Source: Methanomethylovorans sp. PtaU1.Bin093
GTDB taxonomy: Archaea > Halobacteriota > Methanosarcinia > Methanosarcinales > Methanosarcinaceae
Direction of reading: 5' to 3'
Assembly (NCBI RefSeq): GCF_002067275.1
Contig: NZ_MVQX01000048.1
Span: 29,748-93,747 of the forward strand
Length of the DNA stretch: 64,000 nucleotides
Positions 1 to 9,345 of the stretch are shown piece by piece. Each line of letters begins with the position of its first letter. Position 1 is the stretch's first letter. The position numbers and the translations under genes were made by a program. Below the pieces are notes generated by a model. It was not told the DNA's origin and ran no database searches. It saw only the letters and a list, made by a program, of their open reading frames with translations.

Positions 1-938
1 AGTTCCTCGATCATTTCCAGGCCTTCCTGTTCCCCTAATACGAATACAGAAGTTGACAGTGCATCTGAGTCTATACCAAGAGGTGCAATGACCGTGGCAC
101 TTATAAGGTTCTGGGATGGATATCCCGTGCGAGGATCGGCAATATGCGAGACCTTTGCCTCTTCGCTAAAATATCTTTCATAATTGCCGCTGGTAGCTAC
201 AGCCATATCTGTAATCTCAATAACAGTTATTACCTGCTGGCTCATGTTTGGATCCTGCAATCCTACTCGCCAGGATGTTCCATCGGGTTTATATCCAATG
301 TAATATCCATTTCCTCCCGCATCAACAAAACCGGAGGTTATGCCATCCTTTCTAAGCGAATCTATGGCAAGGTCAAGAGCATATCCCTTTGCTATTCCCC
401 CCAGGGTGATCTTCATCCCTTTCTGAAGGAATATATCATTTCCTTCGATCGTTATGTTGCTGGCGTTCACAAGCCTTAGTGTTGCGTCCAGTTCATCTTC
501 AGTAGGGGGCTGCTGTGTACCTCCAGGTGCAAATTTGCTCTTCCACAGGTCCAGCAGAGGCAGGACCGTAATGTCAAAAGCGCCGCGGGTAATATGTTGA
601 TAGTATATAGATTTGTTGATTACATATGTAAGGTCATTACTTGCATTCAAAAGTTGTGAATTAGTGTTAAGTCTGCTAAGTTCACTGGTGTTGTCGAAAT
701 AGTCCATGCTGGAGTCAACATAGTAGATCTTCTCAAAAGCATTATCAATCACCTCTCTGGCATGAGCACTGTTAGTGTCAACCACTTTGATCGTCACTAT
801 AGTATCCATTATGCTTCTGGTATCGTTGTATATCTGTAGCAGGGGTTCCTGGCTATCCGTATCTTTGTCAATGCAATTCATCACGAATGATACTGATAAA
901 ACCGCAATCAGGGCAATAGTAACAGTTTTATACATCAT
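1..938 (-). CDS. apbE: FAD:protein FMN transferase (ApbE family); runs off the left edge of the window
   Basis: Manual translation from ATG at 938: hydrophobic N-terminus, then GAFDITV, LGGIAKGY, VDAGG, ATSGNYERY, HIADPRTGYP and DALSTSVFVLG, all ApbE motifs. Not in the ORF track because no stop lies in the window. Confidence 0.93.
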   Translation of the reverse strand, partial: MMYKTVTIALIAVLSVSFVMNCIDKDTDSQEPLLQIYNDTRSIMDTIVTIKVVDTNSAHAREVIDNAFEKIYYVDSSMDYFDNTSELSRLNTNSQLLNASNDLTYVINKSIYYQHITRGAFDITVLPLLDLWKSKFAPGGTQQPPTEDELDATLRLVNASNITIEGNDIFLQKGMKITLGGIAKGYALDLAIDSLRKDGITSGFVDAGGNGYYIGYKPDGTSWRVGLQDPNMSQQVITVIEITDMAVATSGNYERYFSEEAKVSHIADPRTGYPSQNLISATVIAPLGIDSDALSTSVFVLGEQEGLEMIEE

Positions 939-1038
939 GGATTATGGAATGACATAATCAATCTTAAACTTAATCAGAACCGTAACGGGCATTTAGTTGT
1001 TTCTTTCGCGGAAATCTTTGATCAAAGGAAGTGTAATC

Positions 1039-1467
1039 ATGAGCGATCACAGTGGAGCTTCAGCAACAGGCTCGCATTCAAGCAAGGACAAATACCTTGT
1101 TGTGGCAATCCATCAGATTATGGAAGAGTATGGATGGAGGGGAATCGAAAAACAATTTGGTGTTGTAAAACATCATATCATTTATGTGAAACCCGGTTCT
1201 CCTCTTCAGAAAATAGAACTCAAGTCCAATGTAGTCGGCAATCACATGGATGTCGACTTCTTTGGCATGACCCCTGAAAAAGGCCTTATGGATAAGGTTT
1301 TTGATTTTAATGTACGGGTAGTCCGCAAGTCATTCGAGATCGATAAATACGTCACTAACGACTTGAAAGTTACTAACGAACAGAATCTGAGGAATACTAT
1401 AATCGTTGCTATAAAGCAGCTTGAAGATGTTGCTTCTAAAACGCCAGGGGATACCTCAGAAAAGTGA
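1039..1467 (+). CDS. Hypothetical protein, first gene of the mmcA-rnf run
   Basis: 142-aa ORF from ATG 1039 after a GGAAGTG SD-like site; its stop abuts mmcA. Confidence 0.75.
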   Translation: MSDHSGASATGSHSSKDKYLVVAIHQIMEEYGWRGIEKQFGVVKHHIIYVKPGSPLQKIELKSNVVGNHMDVDFFGMTPEKGLMDKVFDFNVRVVRKSFEIDKYVTNDLKVTNEQNLRNTIIVAIKQLEDVASKTPGDTSEK

Positions 1468-1478
1468 GTGTGATTTTT

Positions 1479-2951
1479 ATGAAAGCAAATTTTCTTATTG
1501 TAATTGCTATATTGATGCTTTTCATATCCGGAGTGTACGCTTATATCGGATATAGTGGGAATGAGGCCCTTTCATCTCACTACATGACCGATCAGAAGTG
1601 GTCTGATAAGGTGTGTATGGGCTGTCATTTAAATACAAAGGCTGAAGTGAACAGTTCTTTCCATGTGCGGCAGGATCTGGCCGAATGGTCTTCTCTCATG
1701 AAGCAGGGCGTTCTTTTTAGTGACATGGATAGAGAAACATGGTTAAGTGTTTACGGTCCGTTGCACCCAGGGGGAGGAGATCTTGAGGAATATGGTGCAG
1801 ATGTAGATTGTATGATCTGCCATGAACAGAACGGTCTATATGATTATGAGGCACGTGTTGCAAGTATCTCTTCTGGGAATATCGCCGGTGCAAAAGAAGC
1901 AGCAATTGAAGAAGCGAGCAAAAAGGCACAGAAAGATCCTTTATATGTTGCCAGCTACGCTTTAAATGTTCTTACTCCTTTGCCGATCGTTACTGAGATC
2001 CACGATAAGGTCAATGCAGGTCCCACAAAGGAGCAATGTGGAAATACCTGCCATCAAAATGAAGCTGCTACCAGTGCAGTGACATGGATGGCTGCGAATG
2101 CTTCAGAGTATGATGTTCATTCCAATGTGAATTGTGTGGAGTGCCATGAAACCGATGAGCACCAGGTAGGTCGGAGGATACCTCTTGATTCTGACCATGA
2201 AAACTATGTGGAGGTAAAGAGCTGTGATTCAGAAGGCTGCCATGCAGGTATTTCCCATGGTGGTATCGTTGACGCCCACCTTGAGACCATTGAGTGTGAA
2301 ACATGTCACATCCCCATGTTGCCAGGTGGCAATCTCACAGGTGTTGCCCCGGTAAGTAGTTTCAGCTGGGAGAATGGGGTGCTTGAAGAAACATATCATG
2401 GATCAGACTTTACACCAACCCTGGCCTGGTCAAGTGGGATCTACAATGAAAAACTCCCTGTGATGGCCAGCAAGAATGAGGAAGGTGTGAAACTGAACAC
2501 TTTCAATTTAATAAGCGGTGTATGGTGGGATGAAGGTCTGGACCAGGAAGTCCTGAACAATCCGGACAACAGTTCTTCACTGGGTGACCCGATACCTCCA
2601 TCTGCAGTAAGGGCAGCTGATTCTAATGGGGATGGCAAGGTCACATCTTCAGAGATACGCTCATACGATGGGAACCTTGATAGTCAGCCTGATTATCCGA
2701 AAGCCGTCCGGAGGCATGTTGATCTCTTGTACCAGGTAAGCCATAACATTGCAGGCCAGGAAGTTGGTTTGGCCGATCCGCTGATATGTGCTGACTGTCA
2801 CTCAGGCTCAGCTTCAGGAACTCTTCATATTGACTGGGAGCTACTGGGTTACGATATGGACCCCGCAGGAACAACAGTTCCTGCTCAGGAGATCAGCGTG
2901 ACGATACCCGGACAAAAGCCGGTTGAAGTAGAGAGGGAACCAGCACTTTAA
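1479..2951 (+). CDS. mmcA: Multiheme c-type cytochrome MmcA
   Basis: N-terminal TM/signal segment; five CxxCH (CMGCH, CMICH, CVECH, CETCH, CADCH) plus CGNTCH and CDSEGCH; sits directly before rnfC. Confidence 0.92.
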   Translation: MKANFLIVIAILMLFISGVYAYIGYSGNEALSSHYMTDQKWSDKVCMGCHLNTKAEVNSSFHVRQDLAEWSSLMKQGVLFSDMDRETWLSVYGPLHPGGGDLEEYGADVDCMICHEQNGLYDYEARVASISSGNIAGAKEAAIEEASKKAQKDPLYVASYALNVLTPLPIVTEIHDKVNAGPTKEQCGNTCHQNEAATSAVTWMAANASEYDVHSNVNCVECHETDEHQVGRRIPLDSDHENYVEVKSCDSEGCHAGISHGGIVDAHLETIECETCHIPMLPGGNLTGVAPVSSFSWENGVLEETYHGSDFTPTLAWSSGIYNEKLPVMASKNEEGVKLNTFNLISGVWWDEGLDQEVLNNPDNSSSLGDPIPPSAVRAADSNGDGKVTSSEIRSYDGNLDSQPDYPKAVRRHVDLLYQVSHNIAGQEVGLADPLICADCHSGSASGTLHIDWELLGYDMDPAGTTVPAQEISVTIPGQKPVEVEREPAL

Positions 2952-2964
2952 GGAGTGAATTATA

Positions 2965-4317
2965 ATGGAAAGTAAACGATTGAGTAAGTTACCGGAGAAA
3001 GTAATAATTCCCCTTAAGCAGCACAAGGGAATGCCCTGTGTTCCAATGGTCAAAAAGGGAGATTCTGTGGTCATTGGTCAAAAGATAGGTGACTGTAAAG
3101 ACAACAATGATTCATCTGTCCATTCAAGTGTCTGTGGTGAGGTTCTCTCTATTGAGATGGCTCCACATCCGGAAGGAAATAAGGTGCTGAGCGTTATCAT
3201 CAAGACCATTGAAAGCGATCAGACCGTGGAATTCACTCCTACGAAGGATCCCTCACCACATGATCTGATCGAACTGATAAAGAACTCCGGTATAGTGGAA
3301 CACTATGGTGTTCCAACGCAAAGTGTTCTGAAGCCGGATGGCAAAAATATAAACACAGTACTTATCAATGCCACATCGTCTGAATGGATTGGAGGTAAAT
3401 TCAGCACTCCTGAAGAATATGGCACTCAGATGCTGGAAGCGCTCAAACTTCTCATGAAGGCTGCAGGTGCATCAAAAGGCGCTATTGTGCTGCGCAGTGA
3501 TGATGCTGAGTCCATAGCAGCTTTTAGCGGGATAAGATTTGAAGGGAAACAGCTGGAAGTTGCCCCTCTCATAGGCAGTCGCAAGATCGGCTATTATCTC
3601 AAGGACCAGGGATCTGACATTGTGGTGGTTTCCCAGAAGCGTATATATGGTAAGCGCATCCTTAATTTCTTCACTTACAATGTAACAGGGAAAAAGGTGC
3701 CAGTTGGCTGCACTCCTGCAGATGTGGGTGTTGCCATATGCGGTGTCAAATCAGCAAAAGCTCTCTATGATGCTGTATATCAGGGGAAGCCTTATTATGA
3801 AACAGTTATTTCCCTGGAAGGTCTTGCGCATTGTCCTCCCCAAGTACTGGTCAGAATAGGTACACCTTTCAAGGATGTGATAGAGGCATGCGGTGGTTAT
3901 CCCAGTGAATCTGGCAAGCTTATTGCTAACGGCATGAGGACCGGAGTTGCCCAGTATACTGACGAGGTCCCGGTTACAAAGACCACTACAAGGATATCCT
4001 TCCAGAAACCGGAAGATGTATCAAAGGATGAGGCGATAGCCTGCATCCATTGTGCAGCATGTGTGGACGTATGTCCTGTGGAATTGGTTCCCAGCAGACT
4101 CGCAGTTCTGGCAGATCAGGGTAGGTTCGATGAATGTCGCAAGATGCACATAGAAAATTGTATAGAATGTGGGAAATGTGCAGTTATCTGTCCTTCCAAG
4201 ATACACATTCTCCAGTTGATAAGGTATGCCAAGGATGCTGTTGAGATGGCTTATGAAGACATACCTGCGAAAGAGTCTTCGAACCTTAAGCTTGGCTGCG
4301 CCTGTGGAGGTGAATAA
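2965..4317 (+). CDS. rnfC: Rnf complex subunit C
   Basis: N-terminal IPLKQHKG..VKKGD.V..GQ.IG sandwich domain; C-terminal 2x[4Fe-4S] motifs CIHCAACVDVCP and CIECGKCAVICP; operon context. Confidence 0.92.
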   Translation: MESKRLSKLPEKVIIPLKQHKGMPCVPMVKKGDSVVIGQKIGDCKDNNDSSVHSSVCGEVLSIEMAPHPEGNKVLSVIIKTIESDQTVEFTPTKDPSPHDLIELIKNSGIVEHYGVPTQSVLKPDGKNINTVLINATSSEWIGGKFSTPEEYGTQMLEALKLLMKAAGASKGAIVLRSDDAESIAAFSGIRFEGKQLEVAPLIGSRKIGYYLKDQGSDIVVVSQKRIYGKRILNFFTYNVTGKKVPVGCTPADVGVAICGVKSAKALYDAVYQGKPYYETVISLEGLAHCPPQVLVRIGTPFKDVIEACGGYPSESGKLIANGMRTGVAQYTDEVPVTKTTTRISFQKPEDVSKDEAIACIHCAACVDVCPVELVPSRLAVLADQGRFDECRKMHIENCIECGKCAVICPSKIHILQLIRYAKDAVEMAYEDIPAKESSNLKLGCACGGE

Positions 4318-5334
4318 ATGACATTTACTATATCTGCTCCCCCTCATAGAAAGTCTAAGATCACTTTCAAAACTATTATGTGGAGCAAGGTACTGGCCCT
4401 TGTGCCCGTGAGCCTTGTATCCGTGTATTTCTTCGGTCTACCCGCTTTGAGCATAATACTTGCCGGTATTCTTGCTGCAGTTGTCACAGAAGCAGGTATC
4501 CAGAAGATGTTCCGCCATAAGATCACTATAAACGATGGAAATGCAGTCCTTATAGGATTAATGCTTTCACTCATAATGCCTCCGGAAGCTCCTATTTGGT
4601 TACCGGTAGTAGGTTCCTTCTTTGCCATCTCAATCGGTAAGCATGCTTTTGGAGGGATCGGCTCCTATGTCTTCAATCCTGTGCTTGCGGCTTGGATCTT
4701 TATTAGCAGTGCTTGGCCTCAACTCATGACACCTCTCTCTATACCTCATGTTGGGCAGTTATCTGATTTTCTTCTTGAGAATGGTGCAGGCTTGCTTGTT
4801 GATGTCTCCCCTATTGCGCTTATAGGTGGTGTATACTTAATTTACAAGAGATACGTGGAATGGAAAGTACCTTTAGCATTTTTCCTTACCATGGTATTGT
4901 TCCCTCAGACGCTTAATGTTCTATTCGCGGCAGTTGAGTTGGTCAGAGCAGGTGTCTTGAATCCATTGATGTATCTCTCCCTCATGTTTAAATTCCTTGA
5001 GATAAGCAATGAACTAAGCTATTCGATGATAGGGGTGGTATTCTTTGGAATACTTTTCATTGCCACAGACACTCCAACATCGCCGGTCACCAAGAGAGGT
5101 CGCCTTATCTATGGAATAGTATGCGGTATTCTGGTATCTATATACGGTTATTTTGGCAATTACATGGCAGGGATATTCTATGGCCTGTTCATGGCAAACT
5201 GTGTTTCTTCGTTCATAGAAACCACTACACTTCCAGCAGCTTTCGGCAGTGAAGGTATGATTGGCAAGTTCTATAGGCGTTTTATGGATAAAGTACCTTC
5301 CAGCTTGAAGATGGGGGTGTTATCAAATGACTGA
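4318..5334 (+). CDS. rnfD: Rnf complex subunit D
   Basis: Multi-TM protein with KHAFGGIG..VFNP and ATDTPTSP motifs. Confidence 0.92.
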   Translation: MTFTISAPPHRKSKITFKTIMWSKVLALVPVSLVSVYFFGLPALSIILAGILAAVVTEAGIQKMFRHKITINDGNAVLIGLMLSLIMPPEAPIWLPVVGSFFAISIGKHAFGGIGSYVFNPVLAAWIFISSAWPQLMTPLSIPHVGQLSDFLLENGAGLLVDVSPIALIGGVYLIYKRYVEWKVPLAFFLTMVLFPQTLNVLFAAVELVRAGVLNPLMYLSLMFKFLEISNELSYSMIGVVFFGILFIATDTPTSPVTKRGRLIYGIVCGILVSIYGYFGNYMAGIFYGLFMANCVSSFIETTTLPAAFGSEGMIGKFYRRFMDKVPSSLKMGVLSND

Positions 5335-5899
5335 TGGCAACAGGGATTTTATCATCATTGTTGGCAAACTTGTGCTTATATCTGCTGTGGCAGCAGCACT
5401 TTTGGGAATTACTTATGTACCAACCCAGGAACAGCTTAAAGACAATATTGCGAAGGCCAGGGAGCAAAAACTCTTAGAAGTAATGCCCCTAGCAGCGGAT
5501 TTTGAGCCAGTGTATGGTGATACGATCATCAATGAAGATGGTGATAAGGAAATACTTTATTATGTCGCTAAAGATGAATCCGGTAATCTCATAGGTTATG
5601 CATTCTTTAAGCAGCAACCAGGTGCTCAGGATGTTATAGAGGTTGCAGGTGGTGTAACTTCTGATTTCGGTAAGATCACTGGTATGAGCGTGCTCTCCCA
5701 TGCCGAAACTCCAGGATTGGGAGCTAAGATCATTGAACCGGCTTTCAAGGGGCAATTTAAGGATATTCCACTAAGCCAGCTCAAACTTTCAAGTTCGGGT
5801 GGTAGTATTGATTCCATCACCGGTGCTACGATCTCTTCACAGGCCGTAATAGATGCTTTGAGTTCCAAGGTAGAATCAATAAAAAAGGCAGAGGGGTAA
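5327..5899 (+). CDS. rnfG: Rnf complex subunit G
   Basis: Single N-terminal TM, ETPGLG, and FMN-attachment motif DSITGATISS. Confidence 0.94.
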   Translation: MTDGNRDFIIIVGKLVLISAVAAALLGITYVPTQEQLKDNIAKAREQKLLEVMPLAADFEPVYGDTIINEDGDKEILYYVAKDESGNLIGYAFFKQQPGAQDVIEVAGGVTSDFGKITGMSVLSHAETPGLGAKIIEPAFKGQFKDIPLSQLKLSSSGGSIDSITGATISSQAVIDALSSKVESIKKAEG

Positions 5900-5909
5900 G
5901 GTGAGTTAA

Positions 5910-6524
5910 ATGGATCCTTTAAGTGAGTTCATCAGAGGTATTACAAGGGACAATCCAACATTCGGTCTTGTACTGGGTCTTTGTCCCACTCTGGCAGTTA
6001 CAACATCAGTAGAAAATGCAATTGGTATGTCAGCGGGCACTGCTTTTGTGTTAGTGTTCTCCAATCTATTCGTATCGCTTATGAGAAAACAGATCCCATC
6101 AACAGTAAGGCTTCCAATATTCATCATAATTATAGCCACATTTGTGTCCATTGTGGATATGATAATGGAGGCATACTCACCTTCTATGTATGCCGCGCTG
6201 GGTGTTTTCATTCCCCTCATAGTAGTGAATTGTATTATAATAGGCCGTGCAGAGGCATATGCAAACAGGAATGGACCATTCTATTCAGTTATTGATGCAA
6301 TTGGTATATCCACTGGTTTCCTGCTTGTCCTGATGCTTATAGGCGGGATCCGTGAAATACTTGGAAGCGGACAGATAGTGACCTTTGGTCACACTCTCAT
6401 TACTCTGCCTATCAATCCTTCTGTCACCACAATGATCCTGCCTCCAGGAGCCTTCCTTACAATAGGTATTCTTATGGCTATAATAAATTACCAGAAGGAA
6501 AAGAAACGTGTAAGAGGTGAATAA
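5910..6524 (+). CDS. rnfE: Rnf complex subunit E
   Basis: LGLCPTLAVT and IPLIVVNCIIIGRAE motifs. Confidence 0.95.
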   Translation: MDPLSEFIRGITRDNPTFGLVLGLCPTLAVTTSVENAIGMSAGTAFVLVFSNLFVSLMRKQIPSTVRLPIFIIIIATFVSIVDMIMEAYSPSMYAALGVFIPLIVVNCIIIGRAEAYANRNGPFYSVIDAIGISTGFLLVLMLIGGIREILGSGQIVTFGHTLITLPINPSVTTMILPPGAFLTIGILMAIINYQKEKKRVRGE

Positions 6525-6525
6525 A

Positions 6526-7113
6526 ATGGCCGATACATCCCTCTTCACCATTTTCATGGACGGCGTGTTCATCAAGAACTTCCTTCTTATTCAGTTCTTA
6601 GGTCTCTGCTCCTTTGTAGGTGTGACAAAAGACGTTAAAAGCGCATCAGGCATGTCAGGTGCTGTCGTTTTCGTTATGACAATGTCAGCTACTGTTTCTT
6701 ATCTCTTGTACACTTACTTGCTCGTACCACTGAAATTGGAGTTCCTTTCCCTTATCAGTTTTATTGTCGTCATCGCAGCCTTAGTGCAACTGGTCGAGTT
6801 CGTTGTCAGGAAAAATATTCCTGCCCTATATCGCTCCTTAGGCATATACTTGCCTTTGATCAGTACCAACTGTGCTGTTCTTGGAGCGGTCTTGCTGAAC
6901 GTAAGATCTGATTATGGTTTTGCACAAAGTGTAATGTTCGGTTTTGCAGCGGGTCTTGGATATACCATCGTAATGTTGATGATGTCAGCTATCAGGGAGC
7001 GTTCCACACTTGTGAGCATTCCTTCTGCGATCAGAGGTCTTCCTCAGGCCTTCCTGCTGGCTCTGATGCTTTCCATGGCTTTCGTTAATTATTTCTGGGT
7101 GATACCTATATGA
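6526..7113 (+). CDS. rnfA: Rnf complex subunit A
   Basis: FLGLCSFVG and LGIYLPLISTNCAVLG motifs; GAGGTG SD before ATG 6526. Confidence 0.95.
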   Translation: MADTSLFTIFMDGVFIKNFLLIQFLGLCSFVGVTKDVKSASGMSGAVVFVMTMSATVSYLLYTYLLVPLKLEFLSLISFIVVIAALVQLVEFVVRKNIPALYRSLGIYLPLISTNCAVLGAVLLNVRSDYGFAQSVMFGFAAGLGYTIVMLMMSAIRERSTLVSIPSAIRGLPQAFLLALMLSMAFVNYFWVIPI

Positions 7114-7916
7114 ATCTCACTACTTTACTAATACAATCTGTGGCCATCCTTGGCGGTCTGGGACTTGCTGTAGGCATCATGTTGATAGTAGCTTCCCGTA
7201 AGTTCAAGGTAGAAACCAATCCCCTTATAGATGAGATATTGGGTGTCCTGCCGGGTGCTAACTGTGGAGCATGCGGTTATGCAGGATGTGCCGACTTTGC
7301 CCAGCGCGTTGTAAATGAGAACGCACCGATCAACGGGTGTCCTGTAGGTGGGTTCGATGTTGCCAAACAGATAGGCGGTATCATGGGCCAGGAAGTTGCA
7401 GAGGGAGAAAAGGAATATCCCTTTGTGCTCTGTAACGGTGGAGTAAATTGCATCGACAGGTTCGAATACGTGGGAATTGAGGACTGCAAGGCCGTGATGA
7501 TGCTCTCTGATGGTGAAAAAGGGTGTAATTTCGGCTGTATGGGCCGTGGTACATGCGTACGTGCCTGTCCATTTGGTGCTATGTCCATAGGGGAAGACAA
7601 ACTTCCGCATGTCAATAAAAATCTATGTACAAGCTGCGGACTTTGCATATCAGCTTGCCCCAACGGTATCCTTGCTTTTGCAAAGGAATCTGAAAAGGTG
7701 CATGTCAAATGTCGTTCTCACGACAAGGGTAAGGATGTAAAGGCAGCGTGTACTGTAGGATGCATCGCATGCAAGATATGCGAAAAGAACTGCCCTGTGC
7801 AGGCAATAACAGTTACTGATTTCCTGGCTGAGATCGACCAGAGCAAATGTACCGCCTGTGGTATATGCGTGGAGAAATGTCCTCAGCACACAATAGAACT
7901 AAGGAGCGTACCATGA
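7110..7916 (+). CDS. rnfB: Rnf complex subunit B (polyferredoxin)
   Basis: N-terminal TM, LPGANCGACGYAGC and several CxxCxxCxxxCP motifs. Confidence 0.95.
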   Translation: MNLTTLLIQSVAILGGLGLAVGIMLIVASRKFKVETNPLIDEILGVLPGANCGACGYAGCADFAQRVVNENAPINGCPVGGFDVAKQIGGIMGQEVAEGEKEYPFVLCNGGVNCIDRFEYVGIEDCKAVMMLSDGEKGCNFGCMGRGTCVRACPFGAMSIGEDKLPHVNKNLCTSCGLCISACPNGILAFAKESEKVHVKCRSHDKGKDVKAACTVGCIACKICEKNCPVQAITVTDFLAEIDQSKCTACGICVEKCPQHTIELRSVP

Positions 7917-8251
7917 CATACAAAACATCGATCGGATTGAACGAGAATGTTGTTGCAGCTTTATGTTATGTGGGATTCTGGTTCACAGGAATACTTTTCC
8001 TCATGATCGAGAGGCAAAATAAGTTTGTCCGTTTCCACGCCATGCAGTCAGTATTGGTATTCATACCTCTGGCTCTTATCGTATTCCTTATTGGGTGGAT
8101 ACCTTACTTTGGCTGGGTGCTTGCGGACTTTGCAGGATTCCTGTGTCTCTTCCTGTTGCTGGCCTTTGTTATAATGGCATACAAGGGAGCAAAGTTCAAA
8201 GTGCCTCTCGTCGGCAAATATGCCTATGATTCTGTCTACAAGGATAAGTAA
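7913..8251 (+). CDS. DUF4870-like small membrane protein at the end of the rnf operon (RnfX/RnfY-like)
   Basis: ATG overlaps the rnfB stop (ATGA); GL.EN..AALCY and FVRFHAMQS motifs; about 3 TM segments. Confidence 0.82.
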   Translation: MTYKTSIGLNENVVAALCYVGFWFTGILFLMIERQNKFVRFHAMQSVLVFIPLALIVFLIGWIPYFGWVLADFAGFLCLFLLLAFVIMAYKGAKFKVPLVGKYAYDSVYKDK

Positions 8252-8254
8252 AGG

Positions 8255-8290
8255 TGTTGTGCTGCACAACATCTTCTTCTTGCTTTTATC
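8255..8290 (+). terminator. Hairpin plus pyrimidine tract after the rnf operon
   Basis: Inverted repeat TGTTGTGC-T-GCACAACA (8255-8271) followed by a T/C-rich run. Confidence 0.6.
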
Positions 8291-8387
8291 ATCTTTGTTT
8301 TTTGCTCTTTTGCAGATGGCTTCGAAAGTTTAAAAAATACCTATCACTATCTATGCACTACGCATTTTCCGGAAGGGAGGGTAAATC

Positions 8388-9344
8388 ATTAAAGAAGAGA
8401 TATGGATCGAAAAATACAGGCCTATGAGACTTGACGATATTGTCGGTCAAACAGAGGCGATAGAAAGGCTCAAATCCTATGTAAAGAGTCGAAACCTTCC
8501 GCATTTGCTTTTTTCCGGCCCTCCGGGTGTAGGAAAAACAGCTACAGCAGTTTCCATTGCAAAGGAGCTATTTGAAGATTCATGGAAAGAGAACTTCACT
8601 GAGCTAAATGCTTCCGATGAAAGAGGGATCGATGTTGTGCGTACCAAGATCAAGAACTTCGCTAAGACATCACCGATAGGTGGGGCAGATTTTAAGATCA
8701 TCTTCCTTGATGAGGCCGACGCTCTCACTTCAGATGCTCAGGCGGCGCTAAGAAGGACCATGGAGCGCTATACTAACAATTGTCGTTTCATTCTTTCTTG
8801 CAACTATTCCTCAAAGATCATCGAACCCATACAGTCAAGATGTGCAGTTTATAGATTCCGTCCTCTTTCGGACGATGCGGTGACCGAGCGTGTGCTATTT
8901 GTAGCAGGTAATGAAGGGATCGAAGTTGCAACTGACGGCATGGAAGCCATCAAATATGTAGCTCAGGGGGATATGCGCAAGGCAATAAACGCATTGCAGG
9001 CTGCTTCTCTTGTTGACAGGGTGGTACATAAAGACACCATTTATAAGATCACTGCCACAGCTCGTCCTGAACAGATCATAGATCTGATCAACACTGCGCT
9101 CAGTGGTAATTTCATGGCTGCGCGTAAACATCTGGACGAGCTTCTTCTTGACCAGGGCCTTTCAGGTGAAGATGTGGTGGGTCAGATCTATCGGGCTATG
9201 TTTAACCTTTCAATTCCTCAGGAAAAAATGGTAGAACTCATTGATGTTATAGGAGAGGTGGATTTCAGGATTGCCGAAGGAGCCAATGAAAGGATCCAGC
9301 TTGAAGCACTGATCGCGCATTTCACACTAAGGGGAAGAAATTAG
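8388..9344 (+). CDS. rfcS: Replication factor C small subunit (start probably ATT 8388 rather than ATG 8424)
   Basis: The conserved WIEKYRP box lies upstream of the first ATG; Walker A GPPGVGKT, ELNASDERG, DEAD and SRC motifs. Confidence 0.93.
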   Translation: MKEEIWIEKYRPMRLDDIVGQTEAIERLKSYVKSRNLPHLLFSGPPGVGKTATAVSIAKELFEDSWKENFTELNASDERGIDVVRTKIKNFAKTSPIGGADFKIIFLDEADALTSDAQAALRRTMERYTNNCRFILSCNYSSKIIEPIQSRCAVYRFRPLSDDAVTERVLFVAGNEGIEVATDGMEAIKYVAQGDMRKAINALQAASLVDRVVHKDTIYKITATARPEQIIDLINTALSGNFMAARKHLDELLLDQGLSGEDVVGQIYRAMFNLSIPQEKMVELIDVIGEVDFRIAEGANERIQLEALIAHFTLRGRN

Positions 9345-9345
9345 A

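Noticed and set aside
144-957. Plus-strand ORFs 144-479 and 775-957
   Set aside because: Antisense shadows of the minus-strand apbE gene.
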